A stretch of 64,000 nucleotides of DNA from an uncultured Gemmatimonadaceae bacterium (lineage in GTDB: Bacteria; Gemmatimonadota; Gemmatimonadetes; Gemmatimonadales; Gemmatimonadaceae): the NCBI GenBank assembly GCA_963740355.1, contig CAVUDW010000002.1, forward strand, positions 1,152,001 to 1,216,000, given 5' to 3'. The notes beneath the pieces are model-generated. The model did no database searches. It had not been told where the DNA came from and saw only the letters and a program-made list of their open reading frames with translations. The first letter of the stretch is position 1. Every line of letters begins with the position of its first letter. The position numbers and the translations under genes were made by a program. Below are positions 30,026 through 39,330 of this stretch, one piece after another.

Positions 30026-32248
30026 ATGCCTGTCGCCACACCACCGAACGATCTGGGGAACGCCGACTTCGAGGGCGACGAGTTCGCCTACCGACCCTCG
30101 GGACCGCGCAATCCGCGACTCGCTCGCTGGATCGACCTGCTCGCTGCGCTCCTCGTTCGCAATATGCCCGCGACCTTCGACGAGCTGGTCGCCTCGGTGC
30201 CGGAGTACCAGCTCAAGTCCGACGCAATCGATGCTGAGGTGGATGCTGCGGCGAAGAAGAAGCTGGGTGAGTCCTTGAAGCGGGCCTTCGAGCGTGACAA
30301 GGATGAACTCCGCGCGCTCGGTGTCGCCATCGAGTCGTCGAAGGACGAGGGAGGCAACAGCGGCGGCGCCTATCGATTGCGGCGTGCCAACTTCTACCTA
30401 CCATACTTGTGTATCGCGGTGCCGGGAGCCGCACCGACGACGCCCGCGCGTATCGATCGCGACGGGTACAAGGCGCTCGAATCGCTGCTGCTGGAGCCGG
30501 ACGAACTGGAAGCGATCGTCGATGCCGCGGCCTCGGTGCGACGGCTCGGTGATCCACTATTGCAGTCCGATGTGGACTCTGCGATGCGAAAGTTGGCGAT
30601 CGACCTACCGTTGGATGTCTCCGAGCCGTCCGCTGATGTACCGCGCATCGTGGCCGCGCGGGCACAGCCGGACGCTGAGGTATTCGCGGTCCTGGGTGAG
30701 GCGATGCGCGCCCGAAAGGTGGTGACCTTCACCTACCTCGCCATGAGCACGGGCAAGCGCGATGAGCGCTCCGTCGAGGCGTACGGTCTCTTCTTCCTCA
30801 GTGGGCACTGGTACCTCGCCGCCCGGGATCAGACGCGCGGCGAGATGCGAAACTTCCGGCTCAATCGCATCAGCGGCGCGAAGGTGAACACCAAGTCGAA
30901 GCAAACGCCGGACTACACCATTCCATCCACCTTTCGCCTGCGCGATCACGCTCGCTCACGGCATGTGTGGGAGCTCGGCGATGGCGATGCCGATGAGGTG
31001 GTGGTGGAGTTCCTTGGCGTCACAGGGCCCGCGCTGGCGGCGGCTGGGCTTGGCGATCCGGTGGAGGGCGTGACGGGTTCGCGTCGCTTCAGCGTGCGAC
31101 GCACGGACAGCTTCGCGCGCTGGATTCTTTCCTTCGGTGGTGATGCCGTGGTGCGCTCGCCAGAATCGCTTGCGGCGCATGTGACCCAGCTCGCTGCGGC
31201 GACGCGCGCGATCTACGCGAATGAAGCTCCCACGGAGATGCCCGCACCCAGCGCTGCTGCCAGCGCCGCGTCCGCCGCTCGCATTCCGTGGCAACCGCGC
31301 GGGGCCGCAGCGCAGCTTCGACGAATCCTCCTCGTCGTTCCGCAGATCGCCGACGGCGAAGAACATTCGCTGCAGGAGGTCGCCGGTCGAATTGGTTCCG
31401 ATGTCGATACGCTCACCAGTGATCTCCATTCGCTGGTGGACCGGTACGACCTGCCGGCGGGCTTCGTGGAGGGAGTGCAGATCTTTCTCGAGCCGGATCG
31501 GGTTTCTGCGATGTCCAATCACCTGCGTCGCCCGATGCGCCTGACTGGCAACGAGCTGTGTGCGCTGGAACTGGGGCTGGCGGTGCTTCGCTCGCAGCGA
31601 CCGCCAGACGAGTACGCCCTGCTCGACCGGGCGCGGACGCGGCTCCAGAAGGTCATCGCACAACTGCCCGGTGATCCGATCCCGGACTCACTCTACAACG
31701 TCTCCGTCGGTGAGTACGGCAGCACGACATTCCTTCCGGTGGTCCGGCACGCGCTACGCAATCGCACCAAGCTTCGGCTCGGGTATCGGAAGTCAGGCAG
31801 CGCGACGACTGACGAGCGCGTGGTGTGCCCCTATGCGCTGGTCGCGGCCAGTGGCATGCTCTACCTCATCGCGTATTGCGACCGAAGTGCCGGCATCCGG
31901 GTGTTTCGCATGGATCGTGTGCAACTGGCGGAACCGACCGATCAATCGTTCGCGGCGCCAGCCGAGTTTTCCGTGGACGACGTGATGAAGGACGGACGCG
32001 TGTTCAGTGGCGACACCCCTGAGATCATGCTGGTGCGCTACTCGCCACGGATCGCCGGATGGATTGCAGAGCGCGAGGGACGCACGCTCGAGGCCGACGG
32101 AAGTTTGGTCCTCGAGCACCCGCTGGCGGACATGGAATGGGCGGTGCGACATGTCCTGCAGTACGGCCCGGAGGCGGAGGTGCTGCAGCCAGCGTCCTTG
32201 CGCCAGCGTCTGCGGGATCGACTCGATCGAGTAGTGAACGCGATGTGA
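30026..32248 (+). CDS. pafBC: Fused PafB-PafC-type transcriptional regulator (two HTH-WYL-WCX modules), 740 aa
   Basis: PafB-like FERDKDELRALG and HWYL...FRLNRI; Ala/Pro linker at about 31220-31300; PafC-like LRRILLVVP...LTSDL, LRRPMRLT and LYLIAYC...FRMDRV; each half ends in a WCX-like segment. Confidence 0.8.
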   Translation: MPVATPPNDLGNADFEGDEFAYRPSGPRNPRLARWIDLLAALLVRNMPATFDELVASVPEYQLKSDAIDAEVDAAAKKKLGESLKRAFERDKDELRALGVAIESSKDEGGNSGGAYRLRRANFYLPYLCIAVPGAAPTTPARIDRDGYKALESLLLEPDELEAIVDAAASVRRLGDPLLQSDVDSAMRKLAIDLPLDVSEPSADVPRIVAARAQPDAEVFAVLGEAMRARKVVTFTYLAMSTGKRDERSVEAYGLFFLSGHWYLAARDQTRGEMRNFRLNRISGAKVNTKSKQTPDYTIPSTFRLRDHARSRHVWELGDGDADEVVVEFLGVTGPALAAAGLGDPVEGVTGSRRFSVRRTDSFARWILSFGGDAVVRSPESLAAHVTQLAAATRAIYANEAPTEMPAPSAAASAASAARIPWQPRGAAAQLRRILLVVPQIADGEEHSLQEVAGRIGSDVDTLTSDLHSLVDRYDLPAGFVEGVQIFLEPDRVSAMSNHLRRPMRLTGNELCALELGLAVLRSQRPPDEYALLDRARTRLQKVIAQLPGDPIPDSLYNVSVGEYGSTTFLPVVRHALRNRTKLRLGYRKSGSATTDERVVCPYALVAASGMLYLIAYCDRSAGIRVFRMDRVQLAEPTDQSFAAPAEFSVDDVMKDGRVFSGDTPEIMLVRYSPRIAGWIAEREGRTLEADGSLVLEHPLADMEWAVRHVLQYGPEAEVLQPASLRQRLRDRLDRVVNAM

Positions 32249-32259
32249 CGGTGACGCGT

Positions 32260-32294
32260 CATCGCGCCAGTCCGAACATCCGACTGGCGCGATG
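32260..32294. terminator. 13-bp-stem hairpin between convergent pafBC and fasciclin genes
   Basis: CATCGCGCCAGTC-9 nt-GACTGGCGCGATG; no U-tract. Confidence 0.5.
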
Positions 32295-32307
32295 GCACAT
32301 GTCTCGA

Positions 32308-33117
32308 TCAGCGCCCGCTGGTGACTTCCATCATCCCGCTGATGCTGCGCCGCGCGTCGTCGAGCCCACCGCGCAGGGTGAAGGCGCGATCCCGGACGCT
32401 GCCGCTGGTGTTGCCGAGCGCGGCGCGCAACGCGCGACGACCGTCATCGGGGACCACGTTGCCGAGCGCGAGCAGCCCCTTCGACGTAATTTCGTAGATG
32501 GCGACCGTGGCGTCGGGTTGCCCATCGTTGAACAGCGGCACGCCGCGCTGAATGGCGAGGTCGATCAGTTCGAGCGCGCTCCGGCCGGCACCGCTGCCGT
32601 TGCTGGCAGCACGTTCCGCCGGCAACAACACTCGATCGATCACATGGATCAGGCCATTGCTGGCCGGCACGTCGGCGATCCGCACGACCGCGTCGTTGAT
32701 CCGGAGCTGGTCACCGCTGGTCGTGATGCGCACACTCTGGCCCGCCACCGTCTCGGCGCTATTTACGCCTCGGGCTTGTGCGGCGGTCACGCGGCCTGCG
32801 ATCACGTGATAGGTGAGGATCGTGCGGAGCTTGTCGCGATTCTCCGGCTTCAGGAGATCCTGCACCGTGCCATTGGGCAGCCGCGCGAACGCCTCGTCGG
32901 TCGGGGCGAAAAGTGTGTACGGTCCGCGGCCGAGCAGCGTCTCGGTGAGGCCGGCGGCATCGACGGCGGCAAGCAAGGTGGTAAACTGTCCGGCAGTCTT
33001 GGCGACCTGCGGAATCGACGGGCTGCGTGACGGGTGCTGGGCGGTGAGCGGTGATGCGCAGGCCAGCAGCAGGCCAGCGGCGAGTGTCGGTAGTGTTGGC
33101 GAGAACGTGACACGCAT
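32308..33117 (-). CDS. Secreted fasciclin (FAS1) domain protein with extra C-terminal helical domain
   Basis: Signal peptide; FTTLLAAV, YTLFAPTDEAF, ILTYHV, NGLIHVIDRVL; GGAG RBS before ATG 33117. Confidence 0.88.
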   Translation of the reverse strand: MRVTFSPTLPTLAAGLLLACASPLTAQHPSRSPSIPQVAKTAGQFTTLLAAVDAAGLTETLLGRGPYTLFAPTDEAFARLPNGTVQDLLKPENRDKLRTILTYHVIAGRVTAAQARGVNSAETVAGQSVRITTSGDQLRINDAVVRIADVPASNGLIHVIDRVLLPAERAASNGSGAGRSALELIDLAIQRGVPLFNDGQPDATVAIYEITSKGLLALGNVVPDDGRRALRAALGNTSGSVRDRAFTLRGGLDDARRSISGMMEVTSGR

Positions 33118-33179
33118 GGAGTGGCTCCGTGAGGCGAGATGAGGTGCAGCAAAGGGACGGGACATCGTGATGCCCTGCG

Positions 33180-33210
33180 GTTCGCCGGGTGGCAGGAACC
33201 GGATGCAGCC
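33180..33210 (-). promoter_or_regulatory. ECF-sigma promoter for the fasciclin gene
   Basis: Minus strand GGCTGCATCCG-N15-CGAAC, same elements and spacing as the plus-strand copy. Confidence 0.7.
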
Positions 33211-33228
33211 TGTCTCGGCGGCCAATCG

Positions 33229-33259
33229 GGCTGCATCCGAAACCATCGGCGCGACGAAC
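33229..33259 (+). promoter_or_regulatory. ECF-sigma autoregulatory promoter for the sigma/anti-sigma operon
   Basis: GGCTGCATCCG-N15-CGAAC upstream of the sigma gene. Confidence 0.7.
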
Positions 33260-33302
33260 TGCTTCAGCATTCAGGCATTGACGAGGCCGATTTGGAGCAG
33301 GC

Positions 33303-33965
33303 ATGGCGCAAGGACGACCCGCGGGGATGGATGACATGACGCGAGCCACCGGTGGTGAGCCGGCGCGCGGGCATCTGGCATTGGTGTCCGATGTTGCGGT
33401 GCCCGGCAGTGCGCCACTCGATCCGTTGCTGCCGCGCATTGCGGCGGGCGACGAGCGTGCGGTGCGCGATTGTGTCGCGCGTTATGGCGCGTTGGTCTGG
33501 TCGCTGGCACGACGCTGGTCGGCCGAGTCGGGCGACGCCGAGGACGCGGTGCAGGAAATCTTCATCGACCTGTGGCGGACGGCCGCGCGGTATGACACGT
33601 CGCGTACGAGCGAGGCAGGGTGGGTGGCAATGATCGCTCGTCGCCGACTGATCGACCGTGCACGGAAGCGGGAGCGGTTGCCGGCGCTGGAATCCATGCC
33701 TGAGGACTTCGACGTAGCGAGTGAGTCCGAGCGCGACCTCGATCGCGAGTGGCGCGCGGAGCAGGCTCGCGCCGTGTTGCGCGAGTTGCCGCCCGCGCAG
33801 CGCCGGATGCTCGAACTCTCGCTCGTGCACGGCCGCACGCACGACGAGATCGCACGTGAGACAGAAACACCGCTGGGGACCGTCAAGTCGCACATCCGTC
33901 GTGGGCTGCAACGCGCTCGCGACCTTCTGGCGGAACGGGCCCCGAACGACGCTGGAGAGGCATAG
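33303..33965 (+). CDS. ECF sigma factor (SigK-like)
   Basis: Region 2 DAEDAVQEIFIDLW, IARRRLIDR; region 4 THDEIA..TPLGTVKSHIRRGL. Confidence 0.9.
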   Translation: MAQGRPAGMDDMTRATGGEPARGHLALVSDVAVPGSAPLDPLLPRIAAGDERAVRDCVARYGALVWSLARRWSAESGDAEDAVQEIFIDLWRTAARYDTSRTSEAGWVAMIARRRLIDRARKRERLPALESMPEDFDVASESERDLDREWRAEQARAVLRELPPAQRRMLELSLVHGRTHDEIARETETPLGTVKSHIRRGLQRARDLLAERAPNDAGEA

Positions 33966-34792
33966 TGCAGAACGACATGGAAGACGAACGGCTGGGCGAG
34001 TTGCTGATGCAACGTGCGATCGGTGCACTGAGCGCACCGGAAGCCGATGCACTCGCGCAGGCACTGGCCAAACTGCCGCCAGGCGAAGTGGCGCGATGGG
34101 AAGCCGCAGCCGCCGAGCTGGCCGCGGCGTTCAACGCTGATGCCAGCTCGCAAGAGCTGCTGCCACCGTCACTGGCCGATCGCGTGATCAGTGCCGGCGA
34201 GGCGATCGTGCGGTCACAACCCCGCGTGATGCCGATGCAGGCCACCGTGGCAGCGCCCGTGGCGCCAGCGCCGGTACCTCGGGTGAGCGCGATGGCCTGG
34301 ACGGGATGGTTTGCCGCAGCGGCCGCCTTGCTGCTCTGGCTCGCCCCGCCGCGCTCACCGGCCGCGGTGCCCGTCGACGCACGGGTGAGCGGCATCGCGA
34401 AGCTGCGCGATTCCTTGCTGATCGTCGACATCGCCACCAAGCACCTGGCGTGGAACGCCACCACCGACAGCTCGGCCATCGGTGCCAGCGGCGATGTGGT
34501 GTGGAGCGATCACGCGCAGCGGGGTGTGATGCGGATCGCCGGCTTGAAGCCGAACGATCGGACCCGTTGGCAGTACCAGCTCTGGATCTTCGACGCCAAG
34601 CGTGACCAGAAGTATCCGGTCGATGGCGGCGTGTTCGACATCCCGGCCGGGCAATCCGAGGTGCTGGTGCCGATCGACGCCCGCGTGCCGGTTGGCGACG
34701 CGGTGATGTTTGCCGTGACCGTCGAGCCCGCGGGTGGTGTGGTGGTGTCCACCCGCGAGCGAATCGCACTTCTCGCGCAGCGCGGCACCTGA
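33965..34792 (+). CDS. RskA-type anti-sigma factor
   Basis: N-terminal helical domain, one TM (WFAAAAALLLWL), C-terminal YQLWI...DGGVF...FAVTVEPAGG. Confidence 0.85.
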   Translation: MQNDMEDERLGELLMQRAIGALSAPEADALAQALAKLPPGEVARWEAAAAELAAAFNADASSQELLPPSLADRVISAGEAIVRSQPRVMPMQATVAAPVAPAPVPRVSAMAWTGWFAAAAALLLWLAPPRSPAAVPVDARVSGIAKLRDSLLIVDIATKHLAWNATTDSSAIGASGDVVWSDHAQRGVMRIAGLKPNDRTRWQYQLWIFDAKRDQKYPVDGGVFDIPAGQSEVLVPIDARVPVGDAVMFAVTVEPAGGVVVSTRERIALLAQRGT

Positions 34793-34821
34793 GCCGCACC
34801 GCGCGAGACGTGCCTCGTGCC

Positions 34822-36126
34822 TCACGCGATGGCGAACGGCTGCTCGAGGCTGCGTGACTGCGGGGTGAGCAGGCGAGCGCCGTTCTCGGTGATGACCATG
34901 TCATCCTCGAGCCGGATGCCGAACTCGCCGGGGATGTAGATGCCTGGCTCGTCCGAGAACACCATGCCGGTTTGCAGCGGCATGGTGTTGCCCTTCACCA
35001 GGTACGGCCACTCATGGCCGTCCATGCCCATGCCGTGCCCCACGCGATGCGTGAAGTACTTGTATCCCGGGCCGAAGCCCCCATCGGCGATCACCTTGCG
35101 GGCGGCTGCGTCCACTGATTCGGCCGGCACTCCTGGCTTCGCGGCGGCCAGCGCGGCGCTCTGGGCGCGGAATTCGATCTCGAACACATCCTTCATTCGC
35201 TGCGTTGCCTTGCCGAGCACGAAGGTGCGCGAGATGTCGGAGCAGTAGCCTTCCACCTTGCAGCCGCCGTCGATCAGTACGATCGAACCTTCGCGGATGA
35301 CCTGCGGCTTGGCGGAGCCATGAGGAAGGGCGGAGAACTCGCCGACCTGCGCACCGGCGCTGCCATCGTAGCCCAACTGCTTGTGTGCGTCCTGCACCAG
35401 CACCTGGAACTGTGATTGCGTCATGCCATCGGTGAGCGACTTCCAGGCGGCTTCGTAGGCAGCCAGCGTCACCTTGGACGCATGCTCCATCAGCGCGATC
35501 TCGTGTGCATCCTTCACCATCCGGCAGCCGGCGCTGATCGGCGTGCCGCTGACGAAGCGGCCGCCCGGAAGCGCCTTCGACATGTTGTCGGCAAACACGA
35601 AGCGCGTGGTTTCCTCCACGCCGACGGTTGCCGTGGCGAGCCCGCGCTCGCGAAAGCCCTTCGCAATCAGCGCGTGCGGATTTTCATCTTCCTCCCACGC
35701 GTAGACCTGCGCGTCGGAGCCCAGCGGGCCTTCGTGCGCCTGCTCCATGGCACGCCCTTCCTCGAACTTCGGCGTCACGAGGAATGCCGAGCCGCGCACC
35801 GGAATCACCGCTGCCAACATGCGTTCGCTGACGCCCCAGCGGATGCCGGTGAAATACTCCATCGAGGTGCCGCCCGTCAGCACCAGCGCGTCGATCTTCG
35901 CTTCGCGCATCAGCTTGCGCGCCTTCTCGATGCGTGCGCGGCGTTCATCGACGCTGATCGGTGTCACGCCGGCGGTCATTGGCCGGAGTGCGCGGATCGG
36001 CGCGGGAAGCGCGGAGTGCGCGACATCTGCCGTGGCGGCGTGCAGATCGGTTGGACGCATGCCGAGCGCGGCTCCGGCCAGCGTGACGGATGATGCAGAA
36101 AGGAACTGACGACGCGACGAGGACAT
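34822..36126 (-). CDS. Tat-exported M24 Xaa-Pro peptidase
   Basis: SRRQFL twin-arginine signal; LIDGG, YCSDISRT, HRVGHG.GMDGHE, SDEPGIY, RLED. Confidence 0.9.
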   Translation of the reverse strand: MSSSRRQFLSASSVTLAGAALGMRPTDLHAATADVAHSALPAPIRALRPMTAGVTPISVDERRARIEKARKLMREAKIDALVLTGGTSMEYFTGIRWGVSERMLAAVIPVRGSAFLVTPKFEEGRAMEQAHEGPLGSDAQVYAWEEDENPHALIAKGFRERGLATATVGVEETTRFVFADNMSKALPGGRFVSGTPISAGCRMVKDAHEIALMEHASKVTLAAYEAAWKSLTDGMTQSQFQVLVQDAHKQLGYDGSAGAQVGEFSALPHGSAKPQVIREGSIVLIDGGCKVEGYCSDISRTFVLGKATQRMKDVFEIEFRAQSAALAAAKPGVPAESVDAAARKVIADGGFGPGYKYFTHRVGHGMGMDGHEWPYLVKGNTMPLQTGMVFSDEPGIYIPGEFGIRLEDDMVITENGARLLTPQSRSLEQPFAIA

Positions 36127-36350
36127 GGCGGAGCGGGGCGAAGGGCTCGGAAGGGATCGGCCGACGGGCGGCGGACTGCGTCGTCCGCGCTCCGAGAATA
36201 TGCGAGCCTGCCACGTTGCGCGCACACCCTCTGACATGTCAGCTGCGAGGGCGTTTGCCACAACGTTCCGCCTGATGCCCCCGCTATACCTTTGCCGGCG
36301 ACCACGCCCGTCGTACCCGGTCGCCTTGCGCTCCCTTCAGTCCGATCCCA

Positions 36351-37658
36351 GTGCTGCGAATTCTGTGCGCCCGCGTGCTCCTCTGTCTTGCCTCCCTCGC
36401 ACTCGCGGCCTGCGGCAAGGGCAAGGAGTCGCCGACGGCAGTGGTGGTGGTTCCGCCGCCACCGCAGGTCGACCTGCAAGCCGCCACGCAGAAACTTCCG
36501 CTGCTCAGCATCACCACCGCGACCGGTGCTGACATCACGTCGAAGCTGATCTACGTGCCAGCGACGTTGGCCATCGCAGACTCGACGGGGGCTACGATCG
36601 TGCAGGGGGCGATGGAAATCCGCGGGCGTGGTAACACCACCTGGGAGATGCCGAAGAAGCCCTATCGCCTCAAGCTCACCACCAGCACCTCGTTGCTCGG
36701 AATGCCCGCGAACAAGAATTGGGTGTTGCTGGCGAACTATTCCGACAAGACGATGCTGCGCAATGACCTCACGTTCGAGCTCAGTCGGATGGTGGGCCTG
36801 GCGTGGACCCCGAGATCACGATTCGTCGATGTGCAGCTCAACGGTCGCTATCAGGGCGTCTACCAACTGGTGGAGCATGTGCGCGTGGCCCCGGAGCGCG
36901 TGAACATCACCGCGATGAAGATCACGGATACGTCGGCCACCAACATCACGGGTGGTTACCTGCTGGAGGTGGACGAGCGGCGCGGCGAGACGTTCTGCTT
37001 CAACTCGACGAAGACGACGATGGTGTTTTGCGTCGGCGATCCTGACGCGTTGCTGGATCCGGGATGGGAGCGGCAACGCGCCTACATCACCAACTACATG
37101 GCGCGCACCGACACCGCCATCTTCGCCAGTAATTTCGCAGACCCGACCGCGGGCTACGCAGCCTTTCTCGATGTCGAGTCGGTGATCAACTACTACATCG
37201 TGCAGGAAGTGGTGAAGAACGTCGATGGCAACCTCCGCTTCGGTGGCTACATGTACAAGCCACGCGAAGGGAAGCTGACCTTTGGCCCAGTGTGGGACTT
37301 CGACCTCGCGATCGGCAACGTCAACTACAATGGCGCTGATCGGACCGATGGCTGGTATGCGCGTCAGGCGCAGTGGTACACGCGGCTGATGCAGGACCCC
37401 GCCTTCAAGGCGCGGTTCACGGCGCGATATGGGGAGTTGAAGAGTTCCGGCAAGCTCGATTCCCTGAAGAACCTCGTCTTCTCGCGCGCGAACTACCTGA
37501 GCGTGGTGCAGGTGCGGAATTTCGAGCGCTGGCCCATCCTCGGCACCTGGGTCTGGCCCAATCGCGTGGTGACGGGCTCGTACGACGGCGAGACGATCGC
37601 GCTCAAGACCTGGTTGATCGATCGCATCAACTGGATGGACGCCGAAGTCGCTCGGTGA
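36351..37658 (+). CDS. CotH kinase family lipoprotein
   Basis: LAAC lipobox; RGRGNTTW, KKPY, WVLLAN, GPVWDFDL. Confidence 0.85.
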   Translation: MLRILCARVLLCLASLALAACGKGKESPTAVVVVPPPPQVDLQAATQKLPLLSITTATGADITSKLIYVPATLAIADSTGATIVQGAMEIRGRGNTTWEMPKKPYRLKLTTSTSLLGMPANKNWVLLANYSDKTMLRNDLTFELSRMVGLAWTPRSRFVDVQLNGRYQGVYQLVEHVRVAPERVNITAMKITDTSATNITGGYLLEVDERRGETFCFNSTKTTMVFCVGDPDALLDPGWERQRAYITNYMARTDTAIFASNFADPTAGYAAFLDVESVINYYIVQEVVKNVDGNLRFGGYMYKPREGKLTFGPVWDFDLAIGNVNYNGADRTDGWYARQAQWYTRLMQDPAFKARFTARYGELKSSGKLDSLKNLVFSRANYLSVVQVRNFERWPILGTWVWPNRVVTGSYDGETIALKTWLIDRINWMDAEVAR

Positions 37659-37792
37659 GGCGCTCCGGCCGCTGACCAGCCACGGTGTCTCGAGGCGGTC
37701 GGGCCGGTGGCCGTTGTCGGTGCGGTCGGGGGGGAGGTATGATCCGTGAGGCGCCTGTGGCGCCCGCCCTCACTCCCCCACCGGATCGGCTC

Positions 37793-39220
37793 ATGTCCAG
37801 CGCTCGACGCCAGCTTGCCTCCCTGCTTGCCGGGTTACTCCTCCCCGTTGCCGCCACGGCGCAAGCGACGCCGCTCACGCCGCACCAGAAGGCGGCGCGC
37901 GACATCTACGAGCAACTGGTCGAGATCAACACCGTCGACTCGGTGGGGTCCGTCACCAACGCGGTCCAGGCCATGGCCGCCCGCTTCCGCGCGGCCGGGT
38001 TTCCAGCAGCAGACATCCATGTCCTCATTCCGCCGGGCGCGCCGACAAAGGGCAACCTGGTGGTGCGCTATCGCGGTCGCGCCGGCACACTCAAGCCGCT
38101 GCTGTTGCTTGCCCACCTCGACGTCGTCGCGGCCCTTCGCACCGATTGGTCGCGAGATCCGTTCGAGCTGCAGGAAGCGAACGGCTTCTTCTACGGTCGC
38201 GGCACGGCGGACGACAAGGCGATGGCATCGATGTTCGTCGCCAACCTCCTTCGCTACAAGAAGGAAGGGTTCGTGCCGGCGCGTGACCTGATTCTGGCGC
38301 TCACGGCGGACGAGGAAGGCGGCGCATCGAATGGCGTCGAGTTCCTGGTCAAGAATCATCGGTCGCTGATCGACGCGGCCTACGCCATCAACGAAGGTGG
38401 TGGTGGCACGCTGAATGGCACCACGCCGCTCTTCCACTCCGTGCAGGCGGCCGAGAAGGTGCCGGTGAACTTCACGCTCACGGTGCTCAATCCAGGCGGG
38501 CATTCGAGCGTGCCGCGGCCCGACAACGCGATCAACCAGCTCGCGGCCGGCCTCGTCAACCTTGCGCGTTACACCTTCCCGGTCGCGCTGAACGCCATCA
38601 CCAAGCCATTCCTCGAAGAGACGGCCAAGGTCGAGAAGCCGGAAGTTGCGGCAGCGATGCGCGCCGTGGCCGCGAATCCGCGCGATAGTGTCGCGGCCGC
38701 CGCACTGTCGCGTGACCCACGCTACGCCTCGATGCTCCGCACGTCCTGCGTGGCCACGCGACTGGGCGGTGGGCATGCCTACAATGCGCTGCCGCAAACG
38801 GCCACGGCGAACGTGAACTGTCGCATCGTGCCGACGTCGACGCTGGAAGAAGTGAAGGCAACCATCGAGCGCGTGATCGACGACACCTCGGTTCACGTGA
38901 CGCTGATGAAGGAGACCACAGAAAAGTTCGGCGTCGCGCCGGATGCGATCGATCCCACGTTGCTTGGCAGCGCCACCGCGCTGACGAAGCAGATGTGGGG
39001 CGATATCCCGGTGATCCCGACGATGAGCACAGGTGCCACCGACGGGCGCTTCCTGCGGGCCGTTGGCATCCCGACCTACGGTGTGAGCGGCATCTTCTCG
39101 CAGCCGGGCGAGAACAACGCGCATGGACGCGATGAGAAGCTGCGCACCCGTTCGTACTACGAGGGGCTCGACTTCCTCTACAACCTCGTGAAGCAGGTCG
39201 CGGGCACGATCGCGATGTGA
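37793..39220 (+). CDS. Secreted M20/M25/M40 metallopeptidase
   Basis: LLAHLDVV, GRGTADDK, ADEEGG, INEGGG, GATDG, AHGRDE. Confidence 0.88.
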   Translation: MSSARRQLASLLAGLLLPVAATAQATPLTPHQKAARDIYEQLVEINTVDSVGSVTNAVQAMAARFRAAGFPAADIHVLIPPGAPTKGNLVVRYRGRAGTLKPLLLLAHLDVVAALRTDWSRDPFELQEANGFFYGRGTADDKAMASMFVANLLRYKKEGFVPARDLILALTADEEGGASNGVEFLVKNHRSLIDAAYAINEGGGGTLNGTTPLFHSVQAAEKVPVNFTLTVLNPGGHSSVPRPDNAINQLAAGLVNLARYTFPVALNAITKPFLEETAKVEKPEVAAAMRAVAANPRDSVAAAALSRDPRYASMLRTSCVATRLGGGHAYNALPQTATANVNCRIVPTSTLEEVKATIERVIDDTSVHVTLMKETTEKFGVAPDAIDPTLLGSATALTKQMWGDIPVIPTMSTGATDGRFLRAVGIPTYGVSGIFSQPGENNAHGRDEKLRTRSYYEGLDFLYNLVKQVAGTIAM

Positions 39221-39330
39221 GCCGTGGCTCCGAGGCGGGCGTCGCACGACGCGTCCGTCTCCGAGCTGAGCTCGACCGTGCCGCCGCTGCCACCGTGCTG
39301 CGGGATGGTGCAATTTGAGTCACCGTGAAC

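Noticed and set aside
23581..32248. WYL plus helicase plus Cas4-like nuclease read as a CRISPR or anti-phage island
   Set aside because: No array or cas genes; the proteins have AddAB architecture and composition like the flanking genes, so repair is more parsimonious. A defence role cannot be fully excluded.
37835..39313. Long antisense ORFs (this one, also 44619-46553, 10398-11768, 59397-60617 and others)
   Set aside because: Shadow ORFs of GC-rich genes with no recognisable motifs
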